From Methanobacteriota archaeon (lineage in GTDB: Archaea > Halobacteriota > Bog-38 > Methanoflorentales > Methanoflorentaceae), in contig CAVRAO010000012.1 in NCBI GenBank assembly GCA_963719035.1, positions 64,001 through 128,000 of the forward strand: a stretch of 64,000 nt of DNA, in the 5' to 3' direction. Both the position numbers and the translations under genes were made by a program. The notes below the pieces were generated by a model that was not told the origin of the DNA, ran no database searches, and saw only the letters and a list, made by a program, of their open reading frames with translations. Shown in pieces: positions 30,482 to 39,336 of this stretch (its first letter is position 1; each line of letters begins with the position of its first letter).

Positions 30482-31435
30482 ATGAAACCCACGGAGAAGC
30501 TTCCGGACTTGCTTGAGTTTTTCAACATTATAGCGAGAATCCAGCGTCTCAACGAGGTTTTTCGCCTGAGTGGGCGCATCCGCTATTTGTACGAAGTCCT
30601 GTGCTTTATCCTGATTGTTTTTGATGCCTTTTTCTTGTTCCTTACGGTAGTCTTTCCCTTGAAGCTAGGTGCCGTCCAGTCAATAGCGACGTTTGACGCG
30701 GTCGTGGTGCTCTTCTTATGGGTCGAATACCTGTTTAGGGTGAACGAGCAGGACAACAAGTGGAGCTACGTCGCGTACCAGTGGACCGACATTCTTGCCA
30801 TCATTCCTTTTGACTATCTTGCCCTCGTTTCGTTCGGCGTCGCTCTGCCGCTTACCCTGGTCTTCAAGCTTCTCCGACTCGTGCGAATTTTTGCCCTCCT
30901 CAGGTTCTCACGACGAATCGAAAAAGAAGTACTGGCATTCGCTGAAAAGACTCGTCTCATCTACGGCTTAGCCCTTTACTTGCTGATCATCATCGTCGGC
31001 TCGTTCCTCTTCTTTTCTATCGAATCGGGCGTGAATCCCCACGTGACCGATGTTGACAACGCGCTGTGGTTCATGATCGTGACTATAACGACCGTCGGCT
31101 ACGGGGACGTGGTGCCTTACACCGGGCTTGGCAGGATTATCGCGGTCGTCGCAATGATCTCTGCCATCCTCTTTGCGAGCCTCGTGACGGCCACCACCAC
31201 GACGGCACTCCTTGAGAAGTTCAGGGCCGAACGGGAAAAACTCACCGAAACAAGCAAAGAGACGATCGGAAATGTCATCGCTCAACTGAACGCGATTGAG
31301 GAGCGCTTAGAAAAGCTTTCTACGTTGGAGGACAGCACGGACGAAATCAAGGCTGACCTCGCCGAGCTCAAAGGGATGCGAGCAGAGGTGCAGAGCTTGA
31401 AAGAATCGGTCGAGGGGAAAAAGCAAGAAAAGTGA
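30482..31435 (+). CDS. Voltage-gated-type K+ channel with C-terminal coiled coil
   Basis: TITTVGYGD filter; S4-like KLLRLVRIFALLR. Confidence 0.94.
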   Translation: MKPTEKLPDLLEFFNIIARIQRLNEVFRLSGRIRYLYEVLCFILIVFDAFFLFLTVVFPLKLGAVQSIATFDAVVVLFLWVEYLFRVNEQDNKWSYVAYQWTDILAIIPFDYLALVSFGVALPLTLVFKLLRLVRIFALLRFSRRIEKEVLAFAEKTRLIYGLALYLLIIIVGSFLFFSIESGVNPHVTDVDNALWFMIVTITTVGYGDVVPYTGLGRIIAVVAMISAILFASLVTATTTTALLEKFRAEREKLTETSKETIGNVIAQLNAIEERLEKLSTLEDSTDEIKADLAELKGMRAEVQSLKESVEGKKQEK

Positions 31436-31447
31436 GTTTCTTGGGGG

Positions 31448-31669
31448 TTGCGGGCGCGCGTCTCACGGCATTTTTCTCGCCGCATTTCGGACGAGCGTCG
31501 GCCTGAGGGTCTGCCCCCCTCTTTCGTGATGGACATCGCTCCGGGCATGTTTTCTGCACCTCATGTCAATCAGCTCACCGCTCAACATAAAGCCCTTCTA
31601 CTTATCGGCAGCATCGCCGTTGTACTGGTCCTGTTCGCCGACGCGTCGCGAATCTGCCTAATACTTTAA
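31448..31669 (+). pseudogene. Remnant of a CPA1 cation:proton antiporter
   Basis: IGSIAVVLVLFADASRI resembles the CPA1 LVLFxDA motif. Confidence 0.4.
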
Positions 31670-31713
31670 TATCTAGATCCTATGTACGGCTATAGTATCA
31701 GGAGACAACACTT

Positions 31714-32436
31714 ATGGCAGAGGAATCGCTGAAAATCAAAATGGATTACGCAGAGTCATCTGAAATCCTCAGGAACTCCCTGAAGATGAGAGGAACTCCC
31801 GTCGCATTGGGCTTCGCGACAACGAAGGATGACATTCCATCCGGGATGACAGAGATCGATAAACGAATCAGGCACTGCATGATGGTGAGCCTTGCGAGAA
31901 GAGAGGGCAGAATCTTCTATTCTACCGCAGATAAACACGAATGTAACGGCGGTTCCTTCGCTTTAGGACTCAGGGATCTTACACCGGCCCTGAAGACAGG
32001 CAAGTTTTATTTCAAACTGGGTAAATTTGCGAGTGTTGCCTCTAGTAGAAGGACGATGGACAGCGTACCACACCTTCCTGCGGGAGAGACTTATGCAACT
32101 ATGTACGCTCCCTTGGAGAAGACACCGTTCACCCCGCAGGTAATCGTAGTTATTACCAATCCATGGGCTATGCTCAAACTTGCGCAATCTACGTTGTTCC
32201 GGCTGGGAGGAAGAGTGCACGCCGAGTTCTCAGGTATCCAATCGGTTTGTTCGGACGCAGTCGCGCAGACCTATCTCACCGGAAAGCCGAACTTCTCGCT
32301 TGGCTGCGATGGTTCAAGAACGTTTTCCGGGATTGTCGAGGATGAGATGGTGATGGGATTTCCTGCGGAAATGCTCAAAGAGATTGTGGACGCGGTAAAA
32401 ATCATTGCGCAAGCCCCCGGATCGTCAAAAACATAA
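31714..32436 (+). CDS. DUF169 family protein
   Basis: RHCMMV..AR, ECNGG..ALG, QSVCSD, SLGCDGSR. Confidence 0.9.
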   Translation: MAEESLKIKMDYAESSEILRNSLKMRGTPVALGFATTKDDIPSGMTEIDKRIRHCMMVSLARREGRIFYSTADKHECNGGSFALGLRDLTPALKTGKFYFKLGKFASVASSRRTMDSVPHLPAGETYATMYAPLEKTPFTPQVIVVITNPWAMLKLAQSTLFRLGGRVHAEFSGIQSVCSDAVAQTYLTGKPNFSLGCDGSRTFSGIVEDEMVMGFPAEMLKEIVDAVKIIAQAPGSSKT

Positions 32437-32523
32437 ACTAATTTGTAACATTCGATAGCACCTAAACCTTAAATAATGCAACTGACACCGGTCCAGTGAC
32501 GTGCAAAAAAACAAGGGGTAATT

Positions 32524-33702
32524 ATGACAAAAGGCTATCTATCTGAAGACAACAAGAAATTCAGCACTGTACCGCTGAATTGGAAGGAAGTGTGGTACAC
32601 CAATTGTCCAATGGTGTCTGCCAGCAATGTCGACCAAGAGCTGGGGTGGACCAAGGAGGAGTTCAAGAAGATCGGCGTGAAGTATGCCTTCTTCCGCTCC
32701 ACCCGCGAAAACGACTTCTACCCCCACTACATCCACAACCTCGACAACATCATCCGCTTCGGCGGCTTGTTCCCTCCCGTCAACGTTCACGCGGACATCC
32801 GCAGATTGAAGCTCCTGGGGGCGACCAGCCAATACGAAGGCGGCTGCATGCTGGTGCGCGCCAAAGACGACATCTACCGGATGGTCGAGCTGAAAGGTAA
32901 GAAGATCGGCCTCACGAAGAGCCTGAACACCATCAAGAACGACTGGTGGCGCATCACGGAGGAACAAGGCATCGAGCTGATGCTCAGGGTGAACGGCATG
33001 ACCCGCGACGACGTGGAGATCGTGGAATTCCCCTACCCGGATGACTGGTACGATGATCCTGCGATGCTCGAGCCCATGGAAAACCCGTCTGACTTGTGGC
33101 TTCAGCGTGACCACAAGCACGACCTTGCCTTCCGCCCGCTGGAGGTGGCGTTGGAGCAGGGTGTCGTCGACGCGATCTATACGCAAAGCAAGCAGTTCCA
33201 GCATCTCCAAGAGGCGACCGGCAAGTTCAAGACAATCGAGGACCTGTCCAGGTATCCGGACTGGACGCTGCAGGTGAACAATATCCCCACCATTATAACG
33301 TGCACCGAAGAGATGGCCGAGCAGCACCCCGAGCTCGTCGTCACGTATATGAAAGGCATGATCAAGGTCGGGCGCTGGGCTAACGAGCACAAGCACGCCG
33401 CCGCGGCGATCCTCGACAAGCAGACGTTCTATCTTGACGTTGAGGACACGTACAGAAACATCAAGAACATCGACATGGTGCCCACCCTGTCGCCCCAGAA
33501 CCTGGCCGCCATTGAGATCGGCAAGGATTTCATGCTGAGCCACGGCTACATCAAGAACGACTTCGATGTGTATAAGTGGGCTGCACCAGAGTTCCTTGAA
33601 CAGGCGGCGAGGGAACTGCTCGAGGAACAGTGGCGGAAAGTGACCGCAGCGAAGCTTCCCGAGGTGTCAGAGCCGCTGGCGTCTGGACGGCGGCTCGGGT
33701 AG
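32524..33702 (+). CDS. DszB-like desulfinase / SsuA-fold protein, no signal peptide
   Basis: WYTNCP and HY.H....IRFGG..PP match the DszB Cys/His/Arg catalytic motifs. Confidence 0.75.
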   Translation: MTKGYLSEDNKKFSTVPLNWKEVWYTNCPMVSASNVDQELGWTKEEFKKIGVKYAFFRSTRENDFYPHYIHNLDNIIRFGGLFPPVNVHADIRRLKLLGATSQYEGGCMLVRAKDDIYRMVELKGKKIGLTKSLNTIKNDWWRITEEQGIELMLRVNGMTRDDVEIVEFPYPDDWYDDPAMLEPMENPSDLWLQRDHKHDLAFRPLEVALEQGVVDAIYTQSKQFQHLQEATGKFKTIEDLSRYPDWTLQVNNIPTIITCTEEMAEQHPELVVTYMKGMIKVGRWANEHKHAAAAILDKQTFYLDVEDTYRNIKNIDMVPTLSPQNLAAIEIGKDFMLSHGYIKNDFDVYKWAAPEFLEQAARELLEEQWRKVTAAKLPEVSEPLASGRRLG

Positions 33703-33813
33703 TCGGGAGGCAGCGCAGCAGAAAGCGTGTGCAGCTGTGCCTATCACCGGTCGCTGTTGCGCTGCTCAAGGCGGTAGCAGTTCATCGCGCACAAATTTAA
33801 AGGAGACAATATC

Positions 33814-34350
33814 ATGACGATTGACGAAGGATCAACCTCTGAACCGAGCCACCAAGTGCCTAAAGGAAAGCAGACAAGCTTGGGGCTTTATGTAACGGCG
33901 AAAGAGGCGTACGAGATGTGGAAGGCTGAGCCGGAACGGGTCAACATACTCGACGTTCGCACCCCCGAAGAATATGTTTTCGTTGGCCATCCGGAAATGG
34001 CGAGGAACATCCCCCTCGTCTTTGTAAAACACGAGTGGGACGCTGACAGCAACCAGTTCGCTATGGAGCCTAATCCCGATTTCATCTCCCGCGTGAAGGG
34101 CGTACACACGTCCACGGACACGCTCCTAGTCATGTGCCGGTCCGGGGGCCGTGGCGCCAAGGCCGTCAACGCGCTTGCCAAAGCCGGGTTTGTGAACGTC
34201 TACAATGTGATCGATGGCATGGAAGGTGACAAGGTGGACGACCCCGGAAGTATCAACCACGGAAAGCTGATGAAGAACGGCTGGAAGAATTCCGGATTGC
34301 CTTGGACCTACGATGTTAACCCAGAGCTGATTGGCTTACCAATCGTCTAG
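33814..34350 (+). CDS. Rhodanese-like sulfurtransferase
   Basis: LDVRTPEEY..GH, CRSGGR, GWKNSGLPW. Confidence 0.92.
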   Translation: MTIDEGSTSEPSHQVPKGKQTSLGLYVTAKEAYEMWKAEPERVNILDVRTPEEYVFVGHPEMARNIPLVFVKHEWDADSNQFAMEPNPDFISRVKGVHTSTDTLLVMCRSGGRGAKAVNALAKAGFVNVYNVIDGMEGDKVDDPGSINHGKLMKNGWKNSGLPWTYDVNPELIGLPIV

Positions 34351-34472
34351 AGATAACTTACTCTTTGACGATGTCCTGCACCAGCGCCTCAGCCCAGCAT
34401 TAAAATCAAAGCTCCGGCCTTGAAGCTCTGTGGGGGTGGCGGGGATGCGTGCTCGCACCGTTAGGAGATACC

Positions 34473-34736
34473 TCACAGGACAGTGCCGATTAAGTAGAGA
34501 AAGATGACCACCAAGGCTCCTGGGATCCCTGCTATGGCGCTGATCGCCACTGTGATCCAATCGATCGGCACGGCAATGCCAATGAGATTGGCCACGCCAA
34601 GTATAATGATGCCTATGATCGCGTTGGCGAGCAGATACCAAATGATCCGAAAGCCCCACCGTATGATCATACCGACAATGATCAAAATCAGAATGATGAT
34701 CACGGCTGCGGCCAGGATACTGACTAAGTCTACCAT
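34473..34736 (-). CDS. BofA-family small membrane protein
   Basis: NAIIG...IPI...T.AI..IAGIPG. Confidence 0.8.
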   Translation of the reverse strand: MVDLVSILAAAVIIILILIIVGMIIRWGFRIIWYLLANAIIGIIILGVANLIGIAVPIDWITVAISAIAGIPGALVVIFLYLIGTVL

Positions 34737-34920
34737 CTATCAAGCAAGCGCCGTCGAGCTAAATTAAGGTTGCGCTTTATGTCAGCGAAAAGAACGCTTT
34801 GCTACGCGGCCGGCCTCTGGACGAAAGTCGTCAGCGATCTCAAAACCAATATATATGCAGATCACAATTCAGGCTAACAAAGACTGTTTAAACCCATTGT
34901 GAATAAACAGGGGATAGATT

Positions 34921-35391
34921 ATGGGGATCAGAGAGGAATTTACCGATGAGGAATGGCAGGAGCTTCTGAGCATTCCATATGCAGTCTCATTGACGATAGT
35001 TACGGCGGCCCCATCATTCTGGGGCGCCTTTGGCGAAGTAAAGGCATTGATTACAGAGCCGGCCAAGCTGGCAGCTTCAAGTGGAAGTGATCTAGTTGGC
35101 ATCTTATCAGGCGAGATGCAATCAAAGGCCAAGGATTTGATTAAGCAGCAGGAGGATCTGTTCAAACACGATAAATCCGGCTTCAGATCCACGACCATCG
35201 AGGCCTGCACGTCTGCTTTGGCAATCTTATCGAAGACCACTGCAGAAGAGGCAATCACCTACAAAAAGTGGGTGCTGGCTATAGGACAGAAGGTAGCTGA
35301 AGCTGCCAAAGAGCACGGCGTCGCCGTCAGTGAGCCGGAAAAGACCGTTCTCAGTGAAGTCTCCGCTGCTTTTGGTATGAACGACGTTTAG
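34921..35391 (+). CDS. Hypothetical protein (helical)
   Basis: FT.EEW...YKKWV..I...VAEAAKE...VSE.E pattern. Confidence 0.75.
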   Translation: MGIREEFTDEEWQELLSIPYAVSLTIVTAAPSFWGAFGEVKALITEPAKLAASSGSDLVGILSGEMQSKAKDLIKQQEDLFKHDKSGFRSTTIEACTSALAILSKTTAEEAITYKKWVLAIGQKVAEAAKEHGVAVSEPEKTVLSEVSAAFGMNDV

Positions 35392-35524
35392 TTAGGTATA
35401 CAAGTGTGATTATAGGCTATGTTGTGCAATACCTTGCGATCAACAAGCTGCAAAAAGACGGGCTCACCAAAACGGATGGCTGTGTGAATGTCGATACAGC
35501 GGATAAGAACGACTTCATCGTAAA

Positions 35525-35941
35525 ATGTCCGGAACAGACGACGGTCTGTTCAGAACTGAACTATATTATTCAAGGGCTCAAGGTGCTGCAGGGTTCATGA
35601 AGGGGTCCAGCTTAGTCGCGAATATTCTAGAAGAATACCTCAAAGGAACTCGGACCGCTGATACTGAAACCGAGGACTTGAAGAAAAAGTTGGCGGAGAA
35701 AGAGGCCGCGTTAAGTGAACTTCACGCCCAGGACATTGTAATAACCGGACTACAAAACGAACTTGAAACGGTAAGAACACAGGTAAAAACCTTGGAAGAA
35801 AAGCTTGTTATCTACACCGGATTGAATAGCGACCTTAAAGCAGATAAGGAAGCTTTACAGAAGCAGCTTGAGCTCGTGACCTTGAGGCTTCCTGCTCCTA
35901 GGGTTGGATTCTGGGCCAGACTGTTCGGAAAAAAAGAATAG
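35525..35941 (+). CDS. Coiled-coil protein with amphipathic C-terminal GFWARLFG tail
   Basis: Heptad pattern; start uncertain. Confidence 0.6.
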   Translation: MSGTDDGLFRTELYYSRAQGAAGFMKGSSLVANILEEYLKGTRTADTETEDLKKKLAEKEAALSELHAQDIVITGLQNELETVRTQVKTLEEKLVIYTGLNSDLKADKEALQKQLELVTLRLPAPRVGFWARLFGKKE

Positions 35942-36061
35942 GACTAGTTAAGTCACTTTTCACCACTAGCATAAGCGTATGACGCCTGCAGCAGGTGCAC
36001 TATAAAGATACGGTAAAGCGAAATCACTGAGCCTTGGGTGTGATGGTTCAGGCTATACTCA

Positions 36062-36163
36062 CTAGCCAAACCAAAAATTCCACCGCAGAATTGCACCGCC
36101 GATTATAACCAACAATAGCAACGCGAATATGATTATAGTGCCAACCCACCATTTCCGGTCCAT
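36062..36163 (-). CDS. 33-aa single-TM microprotein (not in ORF track)
   Basis: RBS GAGGAGGT; MDRKWWVGTIIIFALLLLVIIGGAILRWNFWFG. Confidence 0.6.
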   Translation of the reverse strand: MDRKWWVGTIIIFALLLLVIIGGAILRWNFWFG

Positions 36164-36368
36164 GTTTTACCTCCTCTTGAACGAGTGCCAATTGGATCCG
36201 TTCAAATATAACTCTTATTCCCATTCCAGCAACTGGATGGAGAAATGTTTCAGAGTACTATTCACGAAAATCATGAATCTTGACCTTGCTCGTGATTTTG
36301 AGGGGCCACCTGACCCAAAGAGTTGTTACACATAAAGATCAATCTAAAATTCAACAGGAGGTGAAATA

Positions 36369-36524
36369 ATGGAGCAACAACAAATGAGCGCGGGTACGAT
36401 GATAGGACTTGCTATTATACTCGGAGCCCTTATAGCAATATTTCCAGGTTTAGTAATTTGGTTTGCTTGGTTAGGAGTTATCTTTTTGTTTATCGGTGGA
36501 CTTCTTGCCTTATTCACACGATAA
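36369..36524 (+). CDS. About 51-aa two-TM microprotein, 1-bp frameshift (not in ORF track)
   Basis: RBS AGGAGGTGA; MEQQQMSAGTMIGLAIIL/GALIAIFPGLVIWFAWLGVIFLFIGGLLALFTR. Confidence 0.55.
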   Translation: MEQQQMSAGTMIGLAIILGALIAIFPGLVIWFAWLGVIFLFIGGLLALFTR

Positions 36525-36794
36525 TTCAGCTATAACCTTGAATCATAAAATCTCTTTTTTTTCTTTGGACATATATTTCAATATATCGCAGCGTTTGTTT
36601 CTATGGCCTATCTGTATGAACACTTCTAGAGTGAGATTCTCTAAAATAGCTCCAGCTTTGAACACCCTAAGCTTATATTGAAAGTAAGTAGGAATTGTTA
36701 AACCACTTCTCACCACTCGAATAAGCGTATGCAATCGAAGCCAATAACTGCGAATTAGAGTTGAGAAATCAAAGAACTTCGATAAAAGCTAAAA

Positions 36795-37073
36795 GTGATT
36801 CGCATGGATGATCGCATCACGATGAATGAAAACGGAACGCTGTATCTTGATGTCACGGAGCAAGAGCAACCCGAACAGGTTCTAGAAATTGAAGCATCAC
36901 ACGGACTGTTATACTACCTTCTTTTGGCAGTGGTTGGTTTAATAGTGATATTTGGAATAATAGCGATAGCATTTTTCGGGTTTCTGTTTCTTTTATTATT
37001 ACCGCTATTTTTCGGGTTACTGCTTCTTTTTCTCATAGCTCGTTATTTCTTTTGGCGTTCCTCCGAAAGATAA
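36795..37073 (+). CDS. Small membrane protein
   Basis: Acidic N-terminus followed by a long hydrophobic hairpin. Confidence 0.6.
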   Translation: MIRMDDRITMNENGTLYLDVTEQEQPEQVLEIEASHGLLYYLLLAVVGLIVIFGIIAIAFFGFLFLLLLPLFFGLLLLFLIARYFFWRSSER

Positions 37074-37503
37074 TTCTTAGCGGGCTCTAATCCGATCCCA
37101 CCAAGACTTTTTAGGCTTTGCTCCACTCAAAAACCTCTAGGCCAGCACGGTATAGCGTGTTCCTATAATCTATTCCTTTTACTCGTTATTTCTTTTTTCG
37201 ATTTAGCCAAATAACGCTTGTATTGTTCTAGATAAAAAAATATTCTCTTAACACACACCTGCTAAAAGAAAAAATAACATGCTGCTTCCTCCTCACACTA
37301 CTCAGTGAAAGCACCTCTTAGCGCTCTGCCTTTCCCTTCCCCCAACATTCCCCTTGCCCACCGCAAACCAGCTCGCGTCTTCCCGGCTTCAGGGCGCGAG
37401 TGACGATTGCAACCAAAGACAGCGATTCGAGCAGGATGATCTCATTATGTGCATTGAACATGATGCGCGGTGTGGTGACGGTCAGGGGAACTTATCTTGA
37501 TAC

Positions 37504-37590
37504 GTAACGGTGGATGATCCGATGTCATTCAGGCAGATATTGAATCCTAATGGCGTGATTCACGTTATTGATTCAGTCCTTGCCTAATAA
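37504..37590 (+). pseudogene. Fasciclin C-terminal remnant
   Basis: VIQADI...[11 protein letters not shown] with indels. Confidence 0.6.
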
Positions 37591-37662
37591 CCGCATTACG
37601 GGCCCGAAATTCGCTTGTAGGCACTCATTGGGATACAGAAAAAAGAGAAGGGGGTGAATGGG

Positions 37663-38175
37663 TTACATCCACCTTCCCAAGAGCCCTGATACTATCAACT
37701 CTAACCCGAATATAATTAGAGCTATCGCGACTAAAGCTATGGCCGTGATCACGCCGGAGATAGGATCGAACAGCGCGATAAAACCAAGTATTATCGCGAT
37801 TATTCCGACGATTGTCATCCCCGTAGTGCCGCGTGACGCTACCGCAAAACCAGCGAATATCAATGCCAAAGCTACCAGCCAGCCAAGGGCTACTCCCCCC
37901 ACGATAATCGGGTAGACAGGTACTGCTATTGCTAGTAAAAGTGCGATAATTGATAGACCTGCGTTCAAAAGTCGACGCCATCCTGAGATACCCTCTGAGA
38001 ACACCCGGACGAATTCAATGCCGGCGATGACAAAGAGCCCGACTGCAAGGAATGCGATCAAAGTCGCTGCCGTTACTCCCGGATACGCAATTGCGTAGCC
38101 ACCCAATATAAGGACGATTAGGCCAGCGACGATCTCGCCTATGCGAAGCCACATCGAAGTTTTTTGTTCATCCAT
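37663..38175 (-). CDS. HdeD/DUF308 membrane protein 1
   Basis: Repeated GxxxxxxGxxxxxxP hairpins; RBS GGAGGTGA. Confidence 0.8.
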   Translation of the reverse strand: MDEQKTSMWLRIGEIVAGLIVLILGGYAIAYPGVTAATLIAFLAVGLFVIAGIEFVRVFSEGISGWRRLLNAGLSIIALLLAIAVPVYPIIVGGVALGWLVALALIFAGFAVASRGTTGMTIVGIIAIILGFIALFDPISGVITAIALVAIALIIFGLELIVSGLLGRWM

Positions 38176-38292
38176 TTGATTTTCACCTCCTATTCAGTTT
38201 TTTAACATCAACAACTGTTTATGTCCTTCGGAGTATTTAACGCGCCCCCTCTCTTTTGACGGTGCGCTGCGCCCTCCCGATTTAAAGGCTGC

Positions 38293-38397
38293 ACCAATGT
38301 CACTGCCGAGTTGCAGAAACTGGCTGATCTCCACAAATCAGGCGCACTAGCGGACGATAAGTTCGCCGCGATGAAGAAAAAGCTCTTACGATTTTAG
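38293..38397 (+). pseudogene. Isolated SHOCT domain remnant
   Basis: TAELQKLADLHKSGALADDKFAAMKKKLL. Confidence 0.6.
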
Positions 38398-38599
38398 AGG
38401 AAAGACAACCTATTTGAAACAGTCCCTTGCAAGCCCGACATATACCAACGGCCTCTGGCGCGGCTGTAAGAATGAAGCGGGCTCCGTTATCGCAGGATAT
38501 AACCCCATAACGAGAGGGAGCAGGTAGCTCGCGACGAGAGGGGCGTTGTACCCATTTGTAGACGTTCCGTACTTATTGTCCTGAAATTAGGTCTCAGTT

Positions 38600-38969
38600 T
38601 TACTGAACGACAATCGTCCCTGTCTCAGGGTGGATGTTGCAGCGGTAGGGAAACGTTCCGGTGGTGTTGAACTGAAACGTGTAGGTGTCGCCCGCGCCAA
38701 ACATCGGCGATGAAAAAACTCCCTTGCTATCTGATGTAATCTGATGGTCGACTGAATCACCGTTTTTCCACGTCACGTTCGCCCCCTTTTGAATCGTGAG
38801 CGTTGAAGGGGTAACCGTATAATCTTTGATCACAACCGTATTTTGACTTGCAGTGCTGGTAAAGCTGGTGATTCGGACTTGGACTCGGATTTGAGGTCGA
38901 GGTACAGCCAGCGATCAGCACAGTGACGACCACTGATGCAGCTAACACAAATAGAGTATATTTCTTCAC
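38600..38969 (-). CDS. Cupredoxin (plastocyanin-like) lipoprotein, frameshift near 38865
   Basis: Lipobox IAGC; VTWKN.D..H, Y.CNIHP. Confidence 0.8.
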
Positions 38970-39336
38970 TTTTTTGCCTCCACGTCGCAGGGATCGGATT
39001 TGCGTATTTGCCATCGCTCTGTCATTCTTCGCTCGCTTAATCAGTTTTCCCTGCGGAATTCATTGTGAATTGGATTTATGCGTTTTCTTGTGTTGTGGCG
39101 GTGCTAAAAAGCTTTTGGAACATCAATCTCAAGGAAAAGTAAAAAAAATACGCAATAGCGAAATTGTCCAGTTTTTTCTGGAAAATGTTTTAAATGGAAC
39201 CCCCTTTTTTATTGTAGCACACGGTTGAACACTCAAGCACAATAAAGGGAATAGTTAGGGGGAGACCAATGGACCTATGTTGCAAGAATTATTGCGATTC
39301 TGCTCGAGGGGGCCGTTTCTCTAAAGAGGAATGATC

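Noticed and set aside
32539-33543. 334-aa antisense ORF
   Set aside because: Shadow of the GC3-rich DszB-like gene
34848-34864. ATATATATGCAGAT as another ArsR box
   Set aside because: Only a half-site; more likely a TATA region
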